The translations under genes and the position numbers were made by a program. Shown piece by piece: positions 13,271-28,565 of a stretch of DNA of 64,000 nucleotides. The notes under the pieces are model-generated. The model was not told where the DNA came from and did no database searches. It was given only the letters and a program-made list of their open reading frames with translations. Position 1 is the stretch's first letter; each line of letters begins with the position of its first letter. This DNA is from Lama guanicoe (taxonomy: Eukaryota). The DNA lies in assembly GCA_013239625.1 (NCBI GenBank), contig MU054400.1:1099146-1163145 (forward strand), written 5' to 3'.

Positions 13271-16200
13271 AGTAAAGTAAAACACCTGTTACATCTCCAT
13301 GAAATCTATAACCTAGAACCATTAACCATTTGTGTGTTTCTAGGTATTCTTTGCGGTCACTGATTTATTCTTTTTTTATTCTTTTTTCTCTCTCTTACAT
13401 CATATTTCATTAGTTATATATTGTGTTGTTTCGTTTTAGTCCTCTTACAGGTGTCTGGGGTTTGTTTTCCCTCTGTTTACTGTTTTTTTTTTTTTCTTCT
13501 TAATTACAAAGTATGTGTATGTATGTCAGTTGGTGGATATGTTCTCAATGTAGGAAACTTGGGAAGCCAATAGCATAAAAGAAAAAACCAAAAGTCCCAT
13601 CTGTAAACCCATTACCCAGATATAACCACCATTATAAGACTATATTTTATATTTTATTTGTTTTCATATCCACCTAGAGATACTCCCCTCTTTTCCAAAA
13701 TGGTGGGGCCCATTAGACCTTGTTTCTGCAGGTTAGTGACTCCAAGATTTTAGATTTTCCTTTTTTAGCTCGTTGTTTTCCTGAGACAGCAGTGCCCAGG
13801 AAAAATCTGACTGAACAGGCAGTATTCCAGCCAAATTGAAAGAAGAAATTAATGTGTAAAGAAGAGCTCACTGAGACTTTGGAATACTCCTCAGTGTGAA
13901 TCAGTGTCCTGTTGACCTCTATTGTTGGCCTTCCATCTTCAGCCAGATTTGCTGATGTGCAGCAGCTAATAATTTAGGGGGCTTAGTTTTGCAGTTAGTT
14001 TTAGAACTTGGGAACAGTGATAGATCCTTAAAATGGTCTCTTGCTAATTCTCAAACTTGAAGAAGAGACTGAAGGTAAGGTTTCATAAACTCAATTCAGT
14101 ATTCACAGCCACTTTCTTCAGTCAGAATAAGATTATAATATTGTTATGTTCAACTAAAAATCTACATTTTGTGTATAAGTATACCAATTTACTGGTAGAG
14201 TCCTTAGAAAATAGTTTACTCTATTGTAAGTTATGTTAGGTTCACCAGTCTTTGTTGAGATTTTGTTCTGTCTCAGGCAGTATGCAAAAGTATGTCTTTT
14301 GTTTTTCTAATTAGACTCATTTGAGGTTATTATTTTATATGTGATATAGGAAAATGATTTCCAGAGGTCAAGGTTTCATGTATCACTAAAATTTTTAAAA
14401 AAGGAGAGGGTGGGGATTTAACATACGGTTGCCAGCTTTTTATTTTGCCAGTGAAGACATCTTCATAAAGTTGCTGTGTGGTAAATGCTGATCTCTTATC
14501 TTGAACAATGAATATTTAATTTGGAAACATGAATATTTTTCCTTCATTCTATTGTAACATTATAGATTTATGGTATGTTTAGGGTTGGGTGATTATTCAG
14601 TCTGTTCCCCTTATTTTACCCACGAAGGAACTGAGGCTCCACAACGTCTCTGGGACCTGAGAGAGAAGAAAGCTTTTTCTTACAAATACAGTATAGCCTA
14701 GTATTGACATTTTAATGGAAGTTACACGTCTGATTTTTAGTCATGTATGTGTTGTATGAGTGCTAATTGCATGGGTGTTAACTTTGTTGTCAGACTTGAA
14801 ATTTGATAATTCCCCAAACCATCTTTCTCTGTAAATTTGAGAATATCCTGGATTAATTTGTATATTGGAAAGTTCCCGATGCACCTCATGTTGTGGTATG
14901 TGTAACTGTGATAGATTACTGAGTTATTAAATTGCTGTTATGTATTTGGAAGCTGTTTGTTGAGTGTAATTTCATGTAATAGTCCTTTAAATGACTATAT
15001 AAGAAAGGGAAGGAAAGAATGAGGACATTAATATTAAGTTGCTCTTGGGCTTTGTTTTCCCCTTACAAAGCTGCCTGGGCCTTGCCAAGATGTTTTCATT
15101 CTCATGGTCTCCTGCCCTTACCTTCCTTCCTTTCCCTACCCTCCTTACCTTTCCTTTTTTCATTCCTTACTCCATCTTTTCTGCCTCTTGCACTCTAGCT
15201 CCTTCTCTCCCTGAAGTTCTCTTCTTGTTGCCCATTTTCTCTTCTGTTTTCCTTAGATGTCTTTATCAGCGATTCAAATTTTAAGTTACCAGATTTCCTT
15301 TCTGTACATTTGAATTGAAGTGGCACTGAACTAGCAAAATAGAACATTGCTTTTAATTTTTGGTTGCTTCAGGGAGTTCTACATTTTATTAGTGTAAAAG
15401 TTTATGAATTAAGAATGTGTTACTGTTATTTCTACTTTTTCCTTAATAGAAGCATTTATATTTATTTTAGTGGAAATTTATGATTACTTATGCCTTTTTT
15501 TTCCTCCTATGAGCATTTATAATTTTACATTTGGGGCATATGTATTTTTTCAGTCATGTTTTGTGCAACTTTTTTACATAGTTAAAAGTTCAATTCAACT
15601 TGAAAAACATTTTAAAACTTATTTCCCATTATTTATATGCTTTTAATAAACTTCATGCCATCACACCCCATCTTTTGAATTTTCCATAATTTAATCATTT
15701 CCATAATTGAACATTTAGATTATAGGAAAGTATTATAAGTTTATAATTAAATAAAATGTAGTAAGTCCATGTGGAATATATATATATTCCAATGGTCCAG
15801 ATGGTCCAGGAAAAAAGAAGTTGACCCTGAGTAGGTATTAAAATGCCTTTGATATTTGAGAGAGAGTGAAGTTTTACTGTATAGCCTCCATTAGAAAAAT
15901 CTTTTAAGTACCAGATATGGATGGATTTCTCATATTCTTAAGGTTTGTGGAAAATATAATAGTTGCATTCAGTGAACTATTTTAATATTTAAAGAAAACC
16001 CCTAGATAACTGCATTTTATCAGCTCTATTCAGGCATAATTGTAAAAAATTTACACCCTTTTATTTAGTAATAAGGGGTACTATATTTTAATTTTCATTA
16101 ATTAGTCTTTCCTTAAGAGAAATTTTACTTCTTGCAGATAATATGCATGTTTTAATGGGAGTAGGGGTCGGGGCTGGAGGTGAAGGGGTGGAAATTTTTG

Positions 16201-17230
16201 ATTTGCATTTCCCTGACAAGTGAGTAATGATGTGTTAAACATCTTCTCATGTGGTTCTTGGTCATTTGTACATCTTTGGAGAGTTGACTATTCATATCTT
16301 TTTGCTGACTTTCTAGTGGGGTTATTTGTCTTATTACTGAATTGTATAGTTATTTATATATTCTAGATACAAGTCCTTTATCAGATGATTTGCAGATCTT
16401 TTTTCTTATTCTGTGGATTGTCTTTGGTTGAGCCTTTTTTCTTTTAAAAAAGCCATTAGGAATCCATTTTAATTTGGTGGAATTTCTTTAAAACATTCCT
16501 GATGTTAGCTTATTCACAAAATTATTTATTAAATCAGAGCCTCTCCCAAACCATTTATCCCTCAGCTGCTTCTTCAGATAGCTGATATCCCACAATATCA
16601 GTAAATATTAGGAACACAGAGATGAAAACATTAATTTCCTACACCTGTCTGTGAGCATATTCCCAGCTCTTGTTGCTGGATGCTTTGATTCTACTTCTTT
16701 CCCAACAGAGATTTAGAAAAACATATTTCTGGTCTGCGCTTCTGTGGGAAGATTGAGGCTGCCAAGAATCTTGCTTCTGGATTTAAATGTCTTCTTGTAT
16801 TCTTGTGATTTAGGTACATTATGATGATCCTGAAGCGTCTAAGGGTCTGTGAAATGTCTTCTGCACATACAATAAAAAAGTTAAATCATTTTCAGTATGG
16901 TTTATTGCTTCTTTGAAAATTGATGATCCATATACTTTATAATTTTAACTCTCCATTAACTGATAGGATATTAACCAGAATAGTTCATCCCCACATCATG
17001 CTGGAAACTGAAACTTTTAAAGAAAACTTTAAAGAAATTATAAAATTAAATACTTGTTTGCCATACAGTGTTCAGAAACTGGAAAAATTTTATGAATTAT
17101 TCCTAGTACTACCACCTAGAGGTGGCAGCTGCTTAAAATATTTTTAATGTATTTCCTTCTGACGTTTTTCTTTTTGCCGGTTTTAAAATTTGACTTGTTT
17201 CTTTTGAAATCTGTGAATGCTTACTTTTTT

Positions 17231-17360
17231 GTTTGCTTTTGGCAGGGAGGTAATTAGATTTATTTATTTACTTATTTATTTTAACAGGGATACTGGGGAT
17301 TGAATCCAGGATCTCGTGCATGCTAAGCACACGCTACCACTCAGCTATACCCACCCCCCA
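17231..17360 (-). mobile_element. Vic-1-like SINE
   Basis: TSD TGAATGCTTAC at 17214 and 17361. Confidence 0.87.
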
Positions 17361-19540
17361 TGAATGCTTACCTTTTATGTAATACTTTTTACCTTTAAAG
17401 GGATTGAACACAACCTTTGTCTTGTACTCAGTGTTGTGTTTAAGACAACAGCAGTTAGCTAACCTGCACCTTTCTGTGAGTAATGAAAATGGTGGTAATT
17501 GTTTGCTGTTGACTCTTAAAAACTATCCTTGAGTGACACTTGCTGGCTAGTGAGGTCTTAATGTGGGGACACCTACATTCTGGGGTCACTGGACATCAGG
17601 ACAAATATATACCTCTTGCTACTGTTACAGTATGACTTTCTGCCTAACATAGGACAGATAAGTTGGATGTAAAATAAGCTAGGGAAATTCCTCTCTGAAG
17701 AGGCCTTGGCTAAGTTAGAACCAGGAATAGACTATTGGAAATGGTTTGTTTTGTTTGCTTGGTAACTCCTCCCACCCAAGAGAGTTAATTTATTACCTTT
17801 CAGATTATAAAAATTAATATTTTTCTCTTTTATAAATGAGTGAATTTATTTGTTGTTTCACTCGTAATAGCCATTATTGAAGTCAGAAGACATCACTCAT
17901 TTTTCTTTTTCCCTTCCTCTGTACCTAAATAATCATTTTTTAGTTTGCACAGCTTACCAAATTCAGAGCTACTTTTTTTTGGTAACAGCTTTATTGATAC
18001 AATTCACATACCATACAGTTCACTTATTTAAGAATAGAATGGTATTTAGTATATACATAGACTTTTGGATCCATTACCACAATCAGTTTTAGAACATTTT
18101 CATCACCCCATAGAGAAATCCTGTATCTGCTAGCCAGCTTGCATTTTAAAAAGTGTTTTAGCCTTGCTCTGTCTGCTAAGTTTAGAAGGTATTTTACCAG
18201 TTAAAGACATAGTGTTGAAATAATGTTACATTTGCATTTTTCAACTTGTGTTTCATGTTTTTCTTCCCTTCTAAAGCTGAGAGAGAGAAACCAATTTACT
18301 TGCACTTAAAATTTTTTTTGCTTTTAAATTGGGAAGAAATCCTTTGTTATAAACCATACTTTGCACACACACACAAAAATTAAAACAAAACAAAAAAACC
18401 ATACTTCACTGTAGAAAACCCTTGTCATCAGGCAGAAAGTATACTAATAGAATTTGATACAGCCATATCATTTGTTATTTTGAATTTTGGCATTTTAAAA
18501 GTGCAATTTCATTCCATTCCTACTGGAATATGTTAAAATGTTGTTACTATTATTATTAAGTGATTCTATTTTATCTAATTTCAGTTGTTGATATATCTAT
18601 ACATACTTTAAAAAAATTGCGGTGTAGTTGACATACAGTAAAATTTATGCTGTGTTCAGTTCTATGATTTGTGACAAACACATATAGTCTTGTAACCATT
18701 AGTACTATCAAATATGGAGCAGTTCCATCAACCTCAAAAAATTCCCGTTTCCTGTAATAGTCAGTTCCTTCCCCCACTATCAGTCCCCTATAGCTAGATT
18801 ACTTTTTTGTTCTGGTAGCTTTGCCTATTCTGAAATATCATAAATGGAATCATATTCCGTACATATATGTATGTAACCTTTTGGGTCTGGCTTCTTTTGC
18901 TTACCATGATGCATTTTAGATTCATCCATGTTGTGGTGGTGTATCAGTATATCACATATAATCCACTATTTAGAGTGTACAATCTAGTGGCTTTTAATAT
19001 GTTCAGAGTTTTGTAATCATTACCACAAAGTTAAAACATTTTCATCACCCCTAAAAGAAACCCTGTATCCCCTAGCCATAATCTCTCCATCCCCTTGAGT
19101 TAATTTTTATATGTGGTGCAAGGAGCTATGGATAGAGGTTTATTTTTTGCATATGAATGTCTGGCACGATTTGTTGAAGACTGTCCTTTCCCCCTTTGAA
19201 TTGTCTTTGCATCTCTGTTAAAAATCAGTAGATTGTATGGATATGGGACTGTTTCTATACTCTGTTCTATTGGCCTGTGTGACCCTTATGTCATTTCCAT
19301 ATTGTCTTAATTACTGTAGTTTAATAGTAAGTCTTGAAGTTAGGTGGTAAGTTCTTCCAACTTTTTTCCCCCAAAATTGTTTTGGCTGTTCTGTTTTCTT
19401 TGCTTTCCCATGTAAATTTTAAAATCAGTTTGTCAGTTTCCTTAAAAAAAAATCCTGTGCAGATTTAATTGTTTTGAGTAATTTTCACGTGATAGGTGCA
19501 GTATACTTGCCTTCTTTAAAAAAACTTTCAGTGGAAAATA

Positions 19541-19983
19541 TAGCCATATCTTGGAAATACTGCGAGTTTGGTTCCAGACCACTGAAGTAAAGCAAATTTA
19601 TCACAATAAAGCAAGGCACACAAGTTTTTTTGGTTTCCCAGTGCATTTATAAGTTATGTTTACACTATACTGTAGCCTATTAAGTGTACAGTAATAGCAT
19701 TGTCTAAAAAACCCCAGAACAATGTACATACCTTAATTTAAAAACACTGTATTGCTAAAAAAAAATGTCGAAACAGTTACAGTAATAACATCAAAGGTCA
19801 CTTATCACTATAACAAATAGAATAATAATGAAAAGTTTGGAATAATTGTGAGAATTACCTAAATGTGACAAGACACAAAGTGAGCAAATGCTGTTGGAAA
19901 AATGGCATCTTAGACTTGCTCAATATGAGGTTGAGCATGCCTTCAATTTGCCCGGTAAAGTGCAGTAAAATGAGATGTGCCTG
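19541..19983 (-). mobile_element. Non-autonomous Tigger1 derivative
   Basis: Degenerate CAGGCATACCTC terminal inverted repeats, TA TSDs, ggttccagaccac and tggtttcccagtgcat motifs. Confidence 0.85.
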
Positions 19984-20735
19984 TAGGTGGTTTTGACCAT
20001 GATGCCTTGCATTGTACTATACGTAATGCAGGATAATAGACACCGTACCATAAATTTGTTATGCTTATGTCATAGGTAAGTTAAAGGTATAAACACCATA
20101 TCAAGTGAGATAAACTTTTAGATTGAAGAGCTTAGATTGTTTGTGTAAGGAAAGGACTTTGTATCTATTTATATAGGGGCAAAGTGCAAAGATAATGTTA
20201 AGCTAGATGTGTGGTTTTATGGGTTTTTCTGCCTTCCTTTTTTGGAATTTTATACAAAATTAAAATACAAGGGATTATATGTCATTCATTCCTTACTTCA
20301 GAAATTTCAGTCTTAACAGTTATAGTTAATTAAAAGGTCTGTATTTACATATAACTGAATAAAACGAAATATTTTTCTTAGCCTATTATTAACATATTCG
20401 AAGTTTATATCAGGAAAATAAGTGTTTAATTTTTTCTTTTGACAGTTTGCATATAAATTGGTCAATGGTTAGTTTGCTTTTCTTCTAATATATGTATTTT
20501 TCAGAACTTGCAGATTTCAGAAATACTTTGTTTTTTTCTAGAAAAGTGGTTTCTCCCTCTTTCTGCTTTCTCTTTTGAGACTTTAGGATTGAGAAATTTG
20601 ATGGTTGTGTCAGTCCTGGAACCTTTTAGTCTTCTGGTTTCTTTTTTGTAGTCTCAATTTTCTTATAATGATTTGTTTACATCCCCTCAAACCATAATGC
20701 ACCTAAGCAGTATTTCTTTGCTTTTCAGGTTCTAA

Positions 20736-20769
20736 ATGGCTTCTAAGAAGTTGGGTGCAGATTTTCATG
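20736..20769 (+). CDS. UBAP1: UBAP1 first coding exon (exon 20729-20769; MASKKLGADFH-G)
   Basis: Acceptor ttttcag|GTTCTAA, ATG at 20736, donor G|gtaagt. The peptide matches the known UBAP1 N-terminus; phase 1 fits the next exon. Confidence 0.96.
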
Positions 20770-23339
20770 GTAAGTGGACGTTAGATGTCAATGTTACGAT
20801 CTGATCTGAGAATTTGAAATCACATTAAGTAAGTGTCCCTTTTTGTTTATTTAAATGGTCTGCTTAAGAAAAATAAAGTTGTACAACAGTGTAGCATATA
20901 CATTCCATAGGAGTTCACATAACTTTAATATTAAAGTATTTCTTCAAGTGGGTAGTTAAACTTTAGAATATCTCTGTGTTTATGGTACTTGAAACTACCA
21001 GAGATGGATGGGGAGCCTGCCTATTTTTGTTGTTCTTCAACAGTATTTTGAAGTAGTTGCCATTCCCTTTCTTACTCTCTGGTCCATCTCTTCACCATTA
21101 TAGGTGTGAAAAAATTCTGAAGCTTTATTAAACATTTTATAATGTTTTGGTTTAGGTTCCCCCCCATAAAAAGAAGTAACTTAATATAAATAAGACATGA
21201 TTAGCAGATTTATATTACAGAAGTATCAGTAGTAATAATTATAACTTTGCACTTGAAACTAATAGTGGTAAACTATTACTATTACTGTCTTTTTCTGAGA
21301 TAACACCTTCCAAAATGGAATACATTAATAAACTTTACTATTTGCATTTCGGAGGAATGGAGATGCCTAAGGAGTTAAAATTAGACCCTCTTTTCACACA
21401 GTTGAAGAAAAGAATTAAACACTAGAAATACCCAGACAACACAATTATATTAAAAGGAGTTTTAAAACAAATGTTCTGTTTTAACACAATTATTTTAAAA
21501 GGTGTTTTTAAAAAAGTATCTTCTGTTTTAAAAGTCATGTAAGAGTGATTTGGTAGACTGCATGGCAACGTGTCATTATGCTCTTCTGATCTATAAGTGG
21601 TTGTTTAATAATATGACTCAGCTGAGTTGGGGTGGTGCAACAGTTACCATGGTTTTAACTTGCTGTATATTTTATACAACAGCTTTAATATTTCGAATTG
21701 CCATTGTGCACGTACTTACATATATTGCTTGCATATGTTTTGTTAAATCCTCTTGGAGTTAAGTCATTCAGACTCTGGAATTTGCATTCTGTATAACAGG
21801 TCAGGCATCAGATATTTCAGGTAAGCTGTGTCCTGTTGTGTAAAGATTATTACAGGACTCTTTCAGAGTAATCAAATGATAATAGAGGGGCAGATCTGTC
21901 ATTGCCTCTGGATCACTTTTTCCAGACTTATTTTTTAGGACTTCCTCCATCTCCTTATATTCTTAACCAAAATTTTAGTGCTTAAATGGAACGTTCTAAC
22001 TGAGAAAAATTTGAGAAAAGATTTTCTCTTTCTCTCTTTGGCTTCATCTGCTTTAATTTGCTAGGTTCATATTTGAATTTTAGTAGCTTTAGTTGGGTTT
22101 TTAGAGTAAAGAATCTTATTTTTAGATATCATGTTGTTTAAGGAATAGAGATTAAGAGAAATAGGTGGAGAATATTTAATAGGCAATCTTCTAGGCATCT
22201 GAGTGCAGAAAATCAAGTTCAGCCTTGGCCTTACAAGGCTGAAATTAGAAAGCCAGGAAACAGACTGCTACTCCCTACATCTCTCACTGCTTTTCTCTGC
22301 GGATGTGCTCCATTTTTATTCTTCTGTTTATAGACTTCCTTTCTTGGCCTACTTGTATACAGTGCACTGGGCCAAAAATGGCCACCCCAGTTATGGTGCT
22401 GCTTGCTACTTGATCTTTGAGCTAAACTGTTTAGCACCATATAGCTGAAGTTTTTGTATCTTTTGATCAAGGGAGTATCTGGTGTAGCCTCTGGATTGGT
22501 TCCCCCTAATTCAGGTAATATCTGACTGGTCCATTGGGGGTTTTGTGTGTGTGTGTGTAATTCTAGGGCATTTGGGATGTGGACAAGGAGATAACAACTG
22601 CTCTTAGGCCTGGATATAAAAATGCTTTTTTTCTATTTTAATATTTTTTCTATCAAATATCTTAAATAAGATCTTGTGCTGTCTTATGACTAGTATTTGA
22701 CTTTTCTTAAAGTTCATTCTTTTCAACTGAGGTTGAACTTTTTCCACTGACATTAATAACAGCATATGCCTAAATAATTCTAAAGAGATATAAACAGTTA
22801 TTTCTCAAAGATTTTTTAAAATATTGCCCTTGTATTATGTAAATTGCAAGTTTTTGGTTCATTGTAAATCAGGCCTTTCTTGGAGCCTGGAGCTTTAAAA
22901 TGTCAATCTTCTTTAATTAAATTTTTTTAAAAATTTATTTTTAATTGAAGTATAGTTAATTTACAATGTTGTGTAATTTTTTAACTCATTTTCCACTTAT
23001 CTAAGAAAAAAGTTATTTTCTCAAAGTGACTTTTAAAGGATTTTTAAAAACTGTTCCAGCAAACATAAATTACTCTTGTAATAACTGGATAAATGCTCTC
23101 AGATTCTAATTTGGGAAAAATAAGTCTGTAATTGGACTTGATAAAACTAAGTTCTCCCTATTGAAGGGCCAAGATGTCCTATTTGTGACATCTACAAAGA
23201 TTCATTTTACCCTTAGTTTAATTTCTACTAAGATACTGCACTACTTTTTCTCCTAAGTGATAGAAAAATATTTTATTTTAGATTGTTTTAAAAGTTGATC
23301 TATGATTGCTGTACTGTGTAATGTCAGTCGTCATTTAAT

Positions 23340-24040
23340 CTCATTGTTCTCCTGTGTGTAATATGCTGCACATCCCCCTTCTTTCAAGATTTTTCTCTTT
23401 ATCTTTTGTTTGTAGCATTTTGACTGTTGTACCTTGGTGTGATTTTCTGTGTATTTATCCTGCTTGGAGTGAGCTAAACTTCTTGGATCTGTGGGTTGAT
23501 CTTTTACCACTTATGAAAAATTGCAGCCATTATTTTTCTCACATTTCTTTTGGCCCATGTCTCTCTCTTATCTTTTTGAGACTAATCACACATGCATTAG
23601 GCTGTTTGATATTGTCTCAGAAATCTCTTATGGCTCTGTTCCATTTTTTTCCCTACTTTTTTCTCTTTGTGTTTCAGTTCTGTTCATTTCTTTTCACCTA
23701 ATTTCAAGTTATTTGATTCTTTTCTCTTCTGTTGTCTTCTGATTAGCATAACCTGGCTTATGAACAACCAAAAATTTTTTTCTCTGATACTGCACTTTTC
23801 ATTTCTAGCATTTCCATTTGTGTCTATATTTTTACCTCTCTGTTGAAATCCCCGTCTGCTCACACATGTTCATCTTTAACTTTCAGACTTTTAACATTTA
23901 TTGTAGTAATTTTAAAGTTGTCTGATAATTCTAATATCTTGGCTATCCCTGGATTTGGATCTGATGACTGGTTTATCTCAATGATGGATCACATTTTCTT
24001 CTTTGTGTGTCTTATTTTTGATTTAATGCCATGCATTGTA
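23340..24040 (-). mobile_element. Old L1 ORF1-region fragment
   Basis: caagatttttctctttatctttt and ttcttggatctgtgggtt motifs. Confidence 0.55.
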
Positions 24041-27000
24041 TATTAGAAAGCTGATTTTGTAGGTTATGTGGCTTATTTTTGTTGTTAGGCGTGAGTAGTG
24101 TTTTCTTTGGCTTCACACCCTATGGCAATATCTATATAATTTTCTCTGTGTGTGTATATGTCTGTGTGTCTGTCTATCTGTTGATCTAATTTTGAAAGTG
24201 TTATCTGACTTACAACTTTTAAATGATGATATCCAATCATGGATTTGCAATTTTTTCACTTAATTTTAAGTTTCACCTGTTCTATTCTTTTTTCAAAAAC
24301 TTAAATTTGAATGCACAGTAAAACCTGAATTAAACATAATCTGTTTGCTACCCTTTATTAGGAATTTCTCTTCCACATGAAATTACCTTCTTTCAGAAAA
24401 ACAAAACAAAACAAAAACCACGTAGGTCACAAGATCATAAACATATCAGCAATTTAGAAAGAAAGAAAACAGAATGAAGCTTTCCCAGAATTTATCCTGA
24501 GTTACTACATATTCAGCCGTTTCCCTTCCACCCTGGCATAATACCAAGCGATAAGCAGAACCCAACTTCGGGGAACTGCCACGGCCATAGTCATCAGAGA
24601 TGCACCTACTTCCTTTTTCTAAATGGGACTTAAAGAGAACGGGCTTAGACATTCTAGATTTTCAGTGATAAAGACTGAAACTGAAAGTTAATTGGGGTGA
24701 GCCAGCAAATTGTTAGTCACAATGTTTAATTCTCTGGGCCATGTGATTGAGTTTTTATTGAATATATTTAAAAAATAGATGTGTTGAGAAACAAGAGAAA
24801 TTGATGTTTTTAAGTAGTCTGATGTATTAGATAACAATGAATAGTTCCTAAGGCATAACTGGCTGCATTTGGAAGAATGTTCTTTGTTATCCTCACAGCA
24901 TCACCATTCATTGTACTTATGGTCATCTCTGTCCATCATTCAAAAGGTTGCTGTTTGTTGTTGTTGTTGCTGTCTCTTTAAATGGCTTTTGCTCTTTATC
25001 TCTACCGCCTCCAGATAATCACAAAACTGTTTGCTCTTTTCCTGTAAACAATATTTAAAGAATTGGGGGTAGGTGACGAAGATTGGTGGGAGGATTTAGG
25101 GGATGTGCTAAATCACCTTGGCATTGGCTTTATTAGTGAAATGAAACTGCTTTTTAAAGCATTTATCTGTAATTCGTGCTAATGGAGGGAAACAGCAGTT
25201 GTTTAAAGGTGTTCTATTTGATCTGGTCTGTCCCTAAGCCAGGGCCTAGTTCCATTTATAGAATATAAGTTGTCGGTGTATACAGCACTGTCATTCTTAA
25301 CTGAAAGGAGGCAAGGAAACTGAAATTGAAAGATTATCATTTGGCTTAGATATTTTAAGTAGTGTCCTTTTTTAAGGTAGTTTTCCCCCCTCATCTTCCC
25401 ATTACCAATCTATAATAGAACTGTTCATTTAAGAAAATTTTGTTAGTGTTAATGTTTATGGGTTTTCTTATGTTTGTATATCACTTATGCGTGTAAGTAT
25501 TATTATAGATAGGATTTTTCTAATGTGTGTGTCATATAATTAACCTGCTTTGTATACTTAAAATTTTCTTAAAAGACTTAATTTTGTGTTATCACAACTG
25601 TAAATCTTTCCAATGCTTCTTAGAAAATGCTAGTTTCAGCTTTGTTTCCAGTTAATTGGGGGCACTAGCCAAAGTTAGACTCTAACTTTCAGTAATAGTT
25701 TCAGTTTTTTGAGTGCCTTTTTTCATGGAAGACAGATAAAAGTTCTCTAAAATTAAAAAGAGCTTTGCTTTTCATCTCTAGAATATAAAGCGTTTTATAA
25801 GTGGAAAAGCTTTTAGTGTTGTAACCAACACTTAGCTTTGTTAGTTTTGGCAAGCTATGATGGTCTATGATACTGTTTTTTTGGGTGGCACCTGGTACAT
25901 TTTTGTGACTTTGTCCAGAACCTTAGAAATGTGCTTGCATCTTGCATAAGTACTCTGTTAAAACATTTTTGTGACTGGCTTTGCCATTGTAGGTAAATCA
26001 TTTTGAATTTTAATAAATATTAATTGAATGTGAGTTAGTGTGGGAAGGTGAGAATTAAATATGAGAGGAGTGTAAGACCATGTCTTCTTTATTCTCATTC
26101 AGCAAATCTCATCTGCCAGATGTTATGCTGAGCTTGAGGGGTGTAGTTAAGAAACATTTATCCTTTGTTGAGGGACACTTAAATTCTTTATCAAGAGTCT
26201 CCAGGGGAAGTATAAGGAAACAAACTATTAACAATATAGAGTGTAAGACCTGAGGTAGTAGTATGAACTAGGTGTTCTGAGATTGAGAAGGGAGTTGATC
26301 TTAAGCTCATTCTTAAAGAACAAGACATAATTAATTAAGTAAATAAGGGTGGGAATGTAATAGGCGTTGCCAGCTGAGAAAATAGCACTTATAAAGGTAT
26401 GACCAACTTGGAAACTTCCCTAGAGTGGTAATAATTATGGTTATGTCCCAGAAAAATTATTAAATTGAATGCTGGTGTAGATTTAATTTGCTAGCTGAGC
26501 GGGAGAGAGTTAAAATATTTTAATTCTAGTTAGAGGTTACATGAGGAAGAGAGTCTTCTCCCTCCAAGGGTGGGAGCAAGGGCCTTCTTCCTGTCTGAGG
26601 GTTTCAGATGTATCAGAGTAGTATCTACCTCTCAAAGTAGGAATGATAACAAGATTAACAAATACATCTTGACCTTGATGAAGTCTCGAAATCTACAGTT
26701 TTTTAGAAGGAAGTCTCTTCGTGGAAGAAGTGTAATTTCTCTCATTGTGTCCATGAGCATTCAAGAAAATATACTAGTGTGAAGTCCAGAAGCAAACGTT
26801 GTTTTACTAGCTGCTAACATTCAAAAAGCAAAATTCATTTAGTCAATTATGTTTCATTGTCTCTGATGCTTCTGCCAGTGAGTTAGCCCCAAACCTGGTA
26901 TTTGGAGTGTATACCCAGTAAGAGTCGTATATGAGAGCTGCTCACATTTTGTCTGACCCTAGAGATGATGATATCCCAGTCTTCCTGTATCATTCATCTG

Positions 27001-27556
27001 TGACAAGCAGAGAACTTTTAGGGAGTTAAAGCAGTTCAGTTGTGTATGGCTTGTGTCTCTTGATAATTCTATTCTGATTCCCATGGTCTTGATTGGTTTT
27101 CCTTTTTTCGTAAATGCCATGCTTCTTAAATATTTCCACATCTCCAGAATACAGTCTTAAAAAAAAACTAGAGTAATTATTTGTATTAATTAAAAAATGA
27201 TTCTTACTGAAGTAGAGAAATCTGAATCAAGGAGGTTCTTTTGTGGAAATTCTGTCATCAGTTTATCAGTATTTAGTAAGTGTTTAGTATGTGCCAGGCA
27301 GTGCCAAAGCTTTTGAGACTACATCAGCAAGTAAAATAGACTTAAACATTTGCCTGCAAGGAGCTTCTTTCATTATATTTCATTGGACAAGACAGACAAT
27401 AAATGTAATTTAAAATGGAATTATACAGTGTGTTAGAAGGTAATAAGTGCTGTGGGGAAAAGATAGTGTTAATGTGGGATTACTACAGTGAGGGGTGTGG
27501 TAATAATTTTAAATAGGGTGGTCAGAGTAAACCTTACTTAGAAAGTGAGATTTGAT

Positions 27557-27986
27557 GTTGTATTAGCATGGATGGACTTGGAGGGCATTATACTAAGTGA
27601 AAAAAGACAGAGAAAGACAAATACTGTAAGATATCACTTACATGTGACATCTAAAAAAATCCAACAAACTAGTGAATATAGCAGAAAAGAAACAGACTCA
27701 CAGGTGTAGAGAAGGAACTAGTGGTTACCAGTGGGGAGGGGTGGGTGCCAGATGGAAGTGGAGGATTAAGAGGTACAAACTATCTGGTATAAAATAAGCT
27801 GCAAGGATGTATTGTACAACATGGGGAATATAGCCAGTATTTTATAATAACTATAAATGGAGTGTAACCTTTAAAGTTGTGAATCACTGTGTTGTATACC
27901 TGTAAACATATAATATTGTACATCGGCTATACTTAAATGTAAAAAGTATGACATTGTAAAATAAATAAATAAAATTAAAATAAAAA
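27557..27986 (+). mobile_element. 5'-truncated L1 3' end inserted in an L2-like remnant
   Basis: catggatggacttggagggcattat... then A-rich tail; AGATTTGA on both sides. Confidence 0.85.
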
Positions 27987-28367
27987 GATTTGAGCAAAGA
28001 CTTGAAGAAGTCATACGACTGAGGGAAGAACATTCCAGATAGACAGAGCAGCCCGTGCAGAATTGTTTTAGGCGACTTTTACCATATCATGGTTGAGGAA
28101 CAGAGAATCACTGTGACCTAGTATAGTGAGCTAGGAGGTGAGGGCAAGAGACATGACGGCTGTTGGAGAGGTCTTTTAGGCTGCGATGAGTACTTTGGCT
28201 TTTACGCTAAGTATAATTGATAGTAAACCCTAGTAAGATCAAGTAGGCTCAAGTAGGCGTTCCTCCTTAGAGATCTAGGGTCAGGAGAAGGTAAGCAGTC
28301 AGAGAAGGAACTCTCTGTAACTTCTAGTCTTAGGATAGCGTATATTAATGTTGTATCCTAGACATAA

Positions 28368-28565
<198 letters not shown>

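Noticed and set aside
16690..16880. Acceptor-like sites followed by AATAAA at 16871
   Set aside because: Such motifs are expected by chance in AT-rich intron sequence.
24420..24660. Slightly CpG-enriched unique stretch with a 68-aa minus ORF
   Set aside because: No recognisable homology, splice structure or TSD/poly(A).
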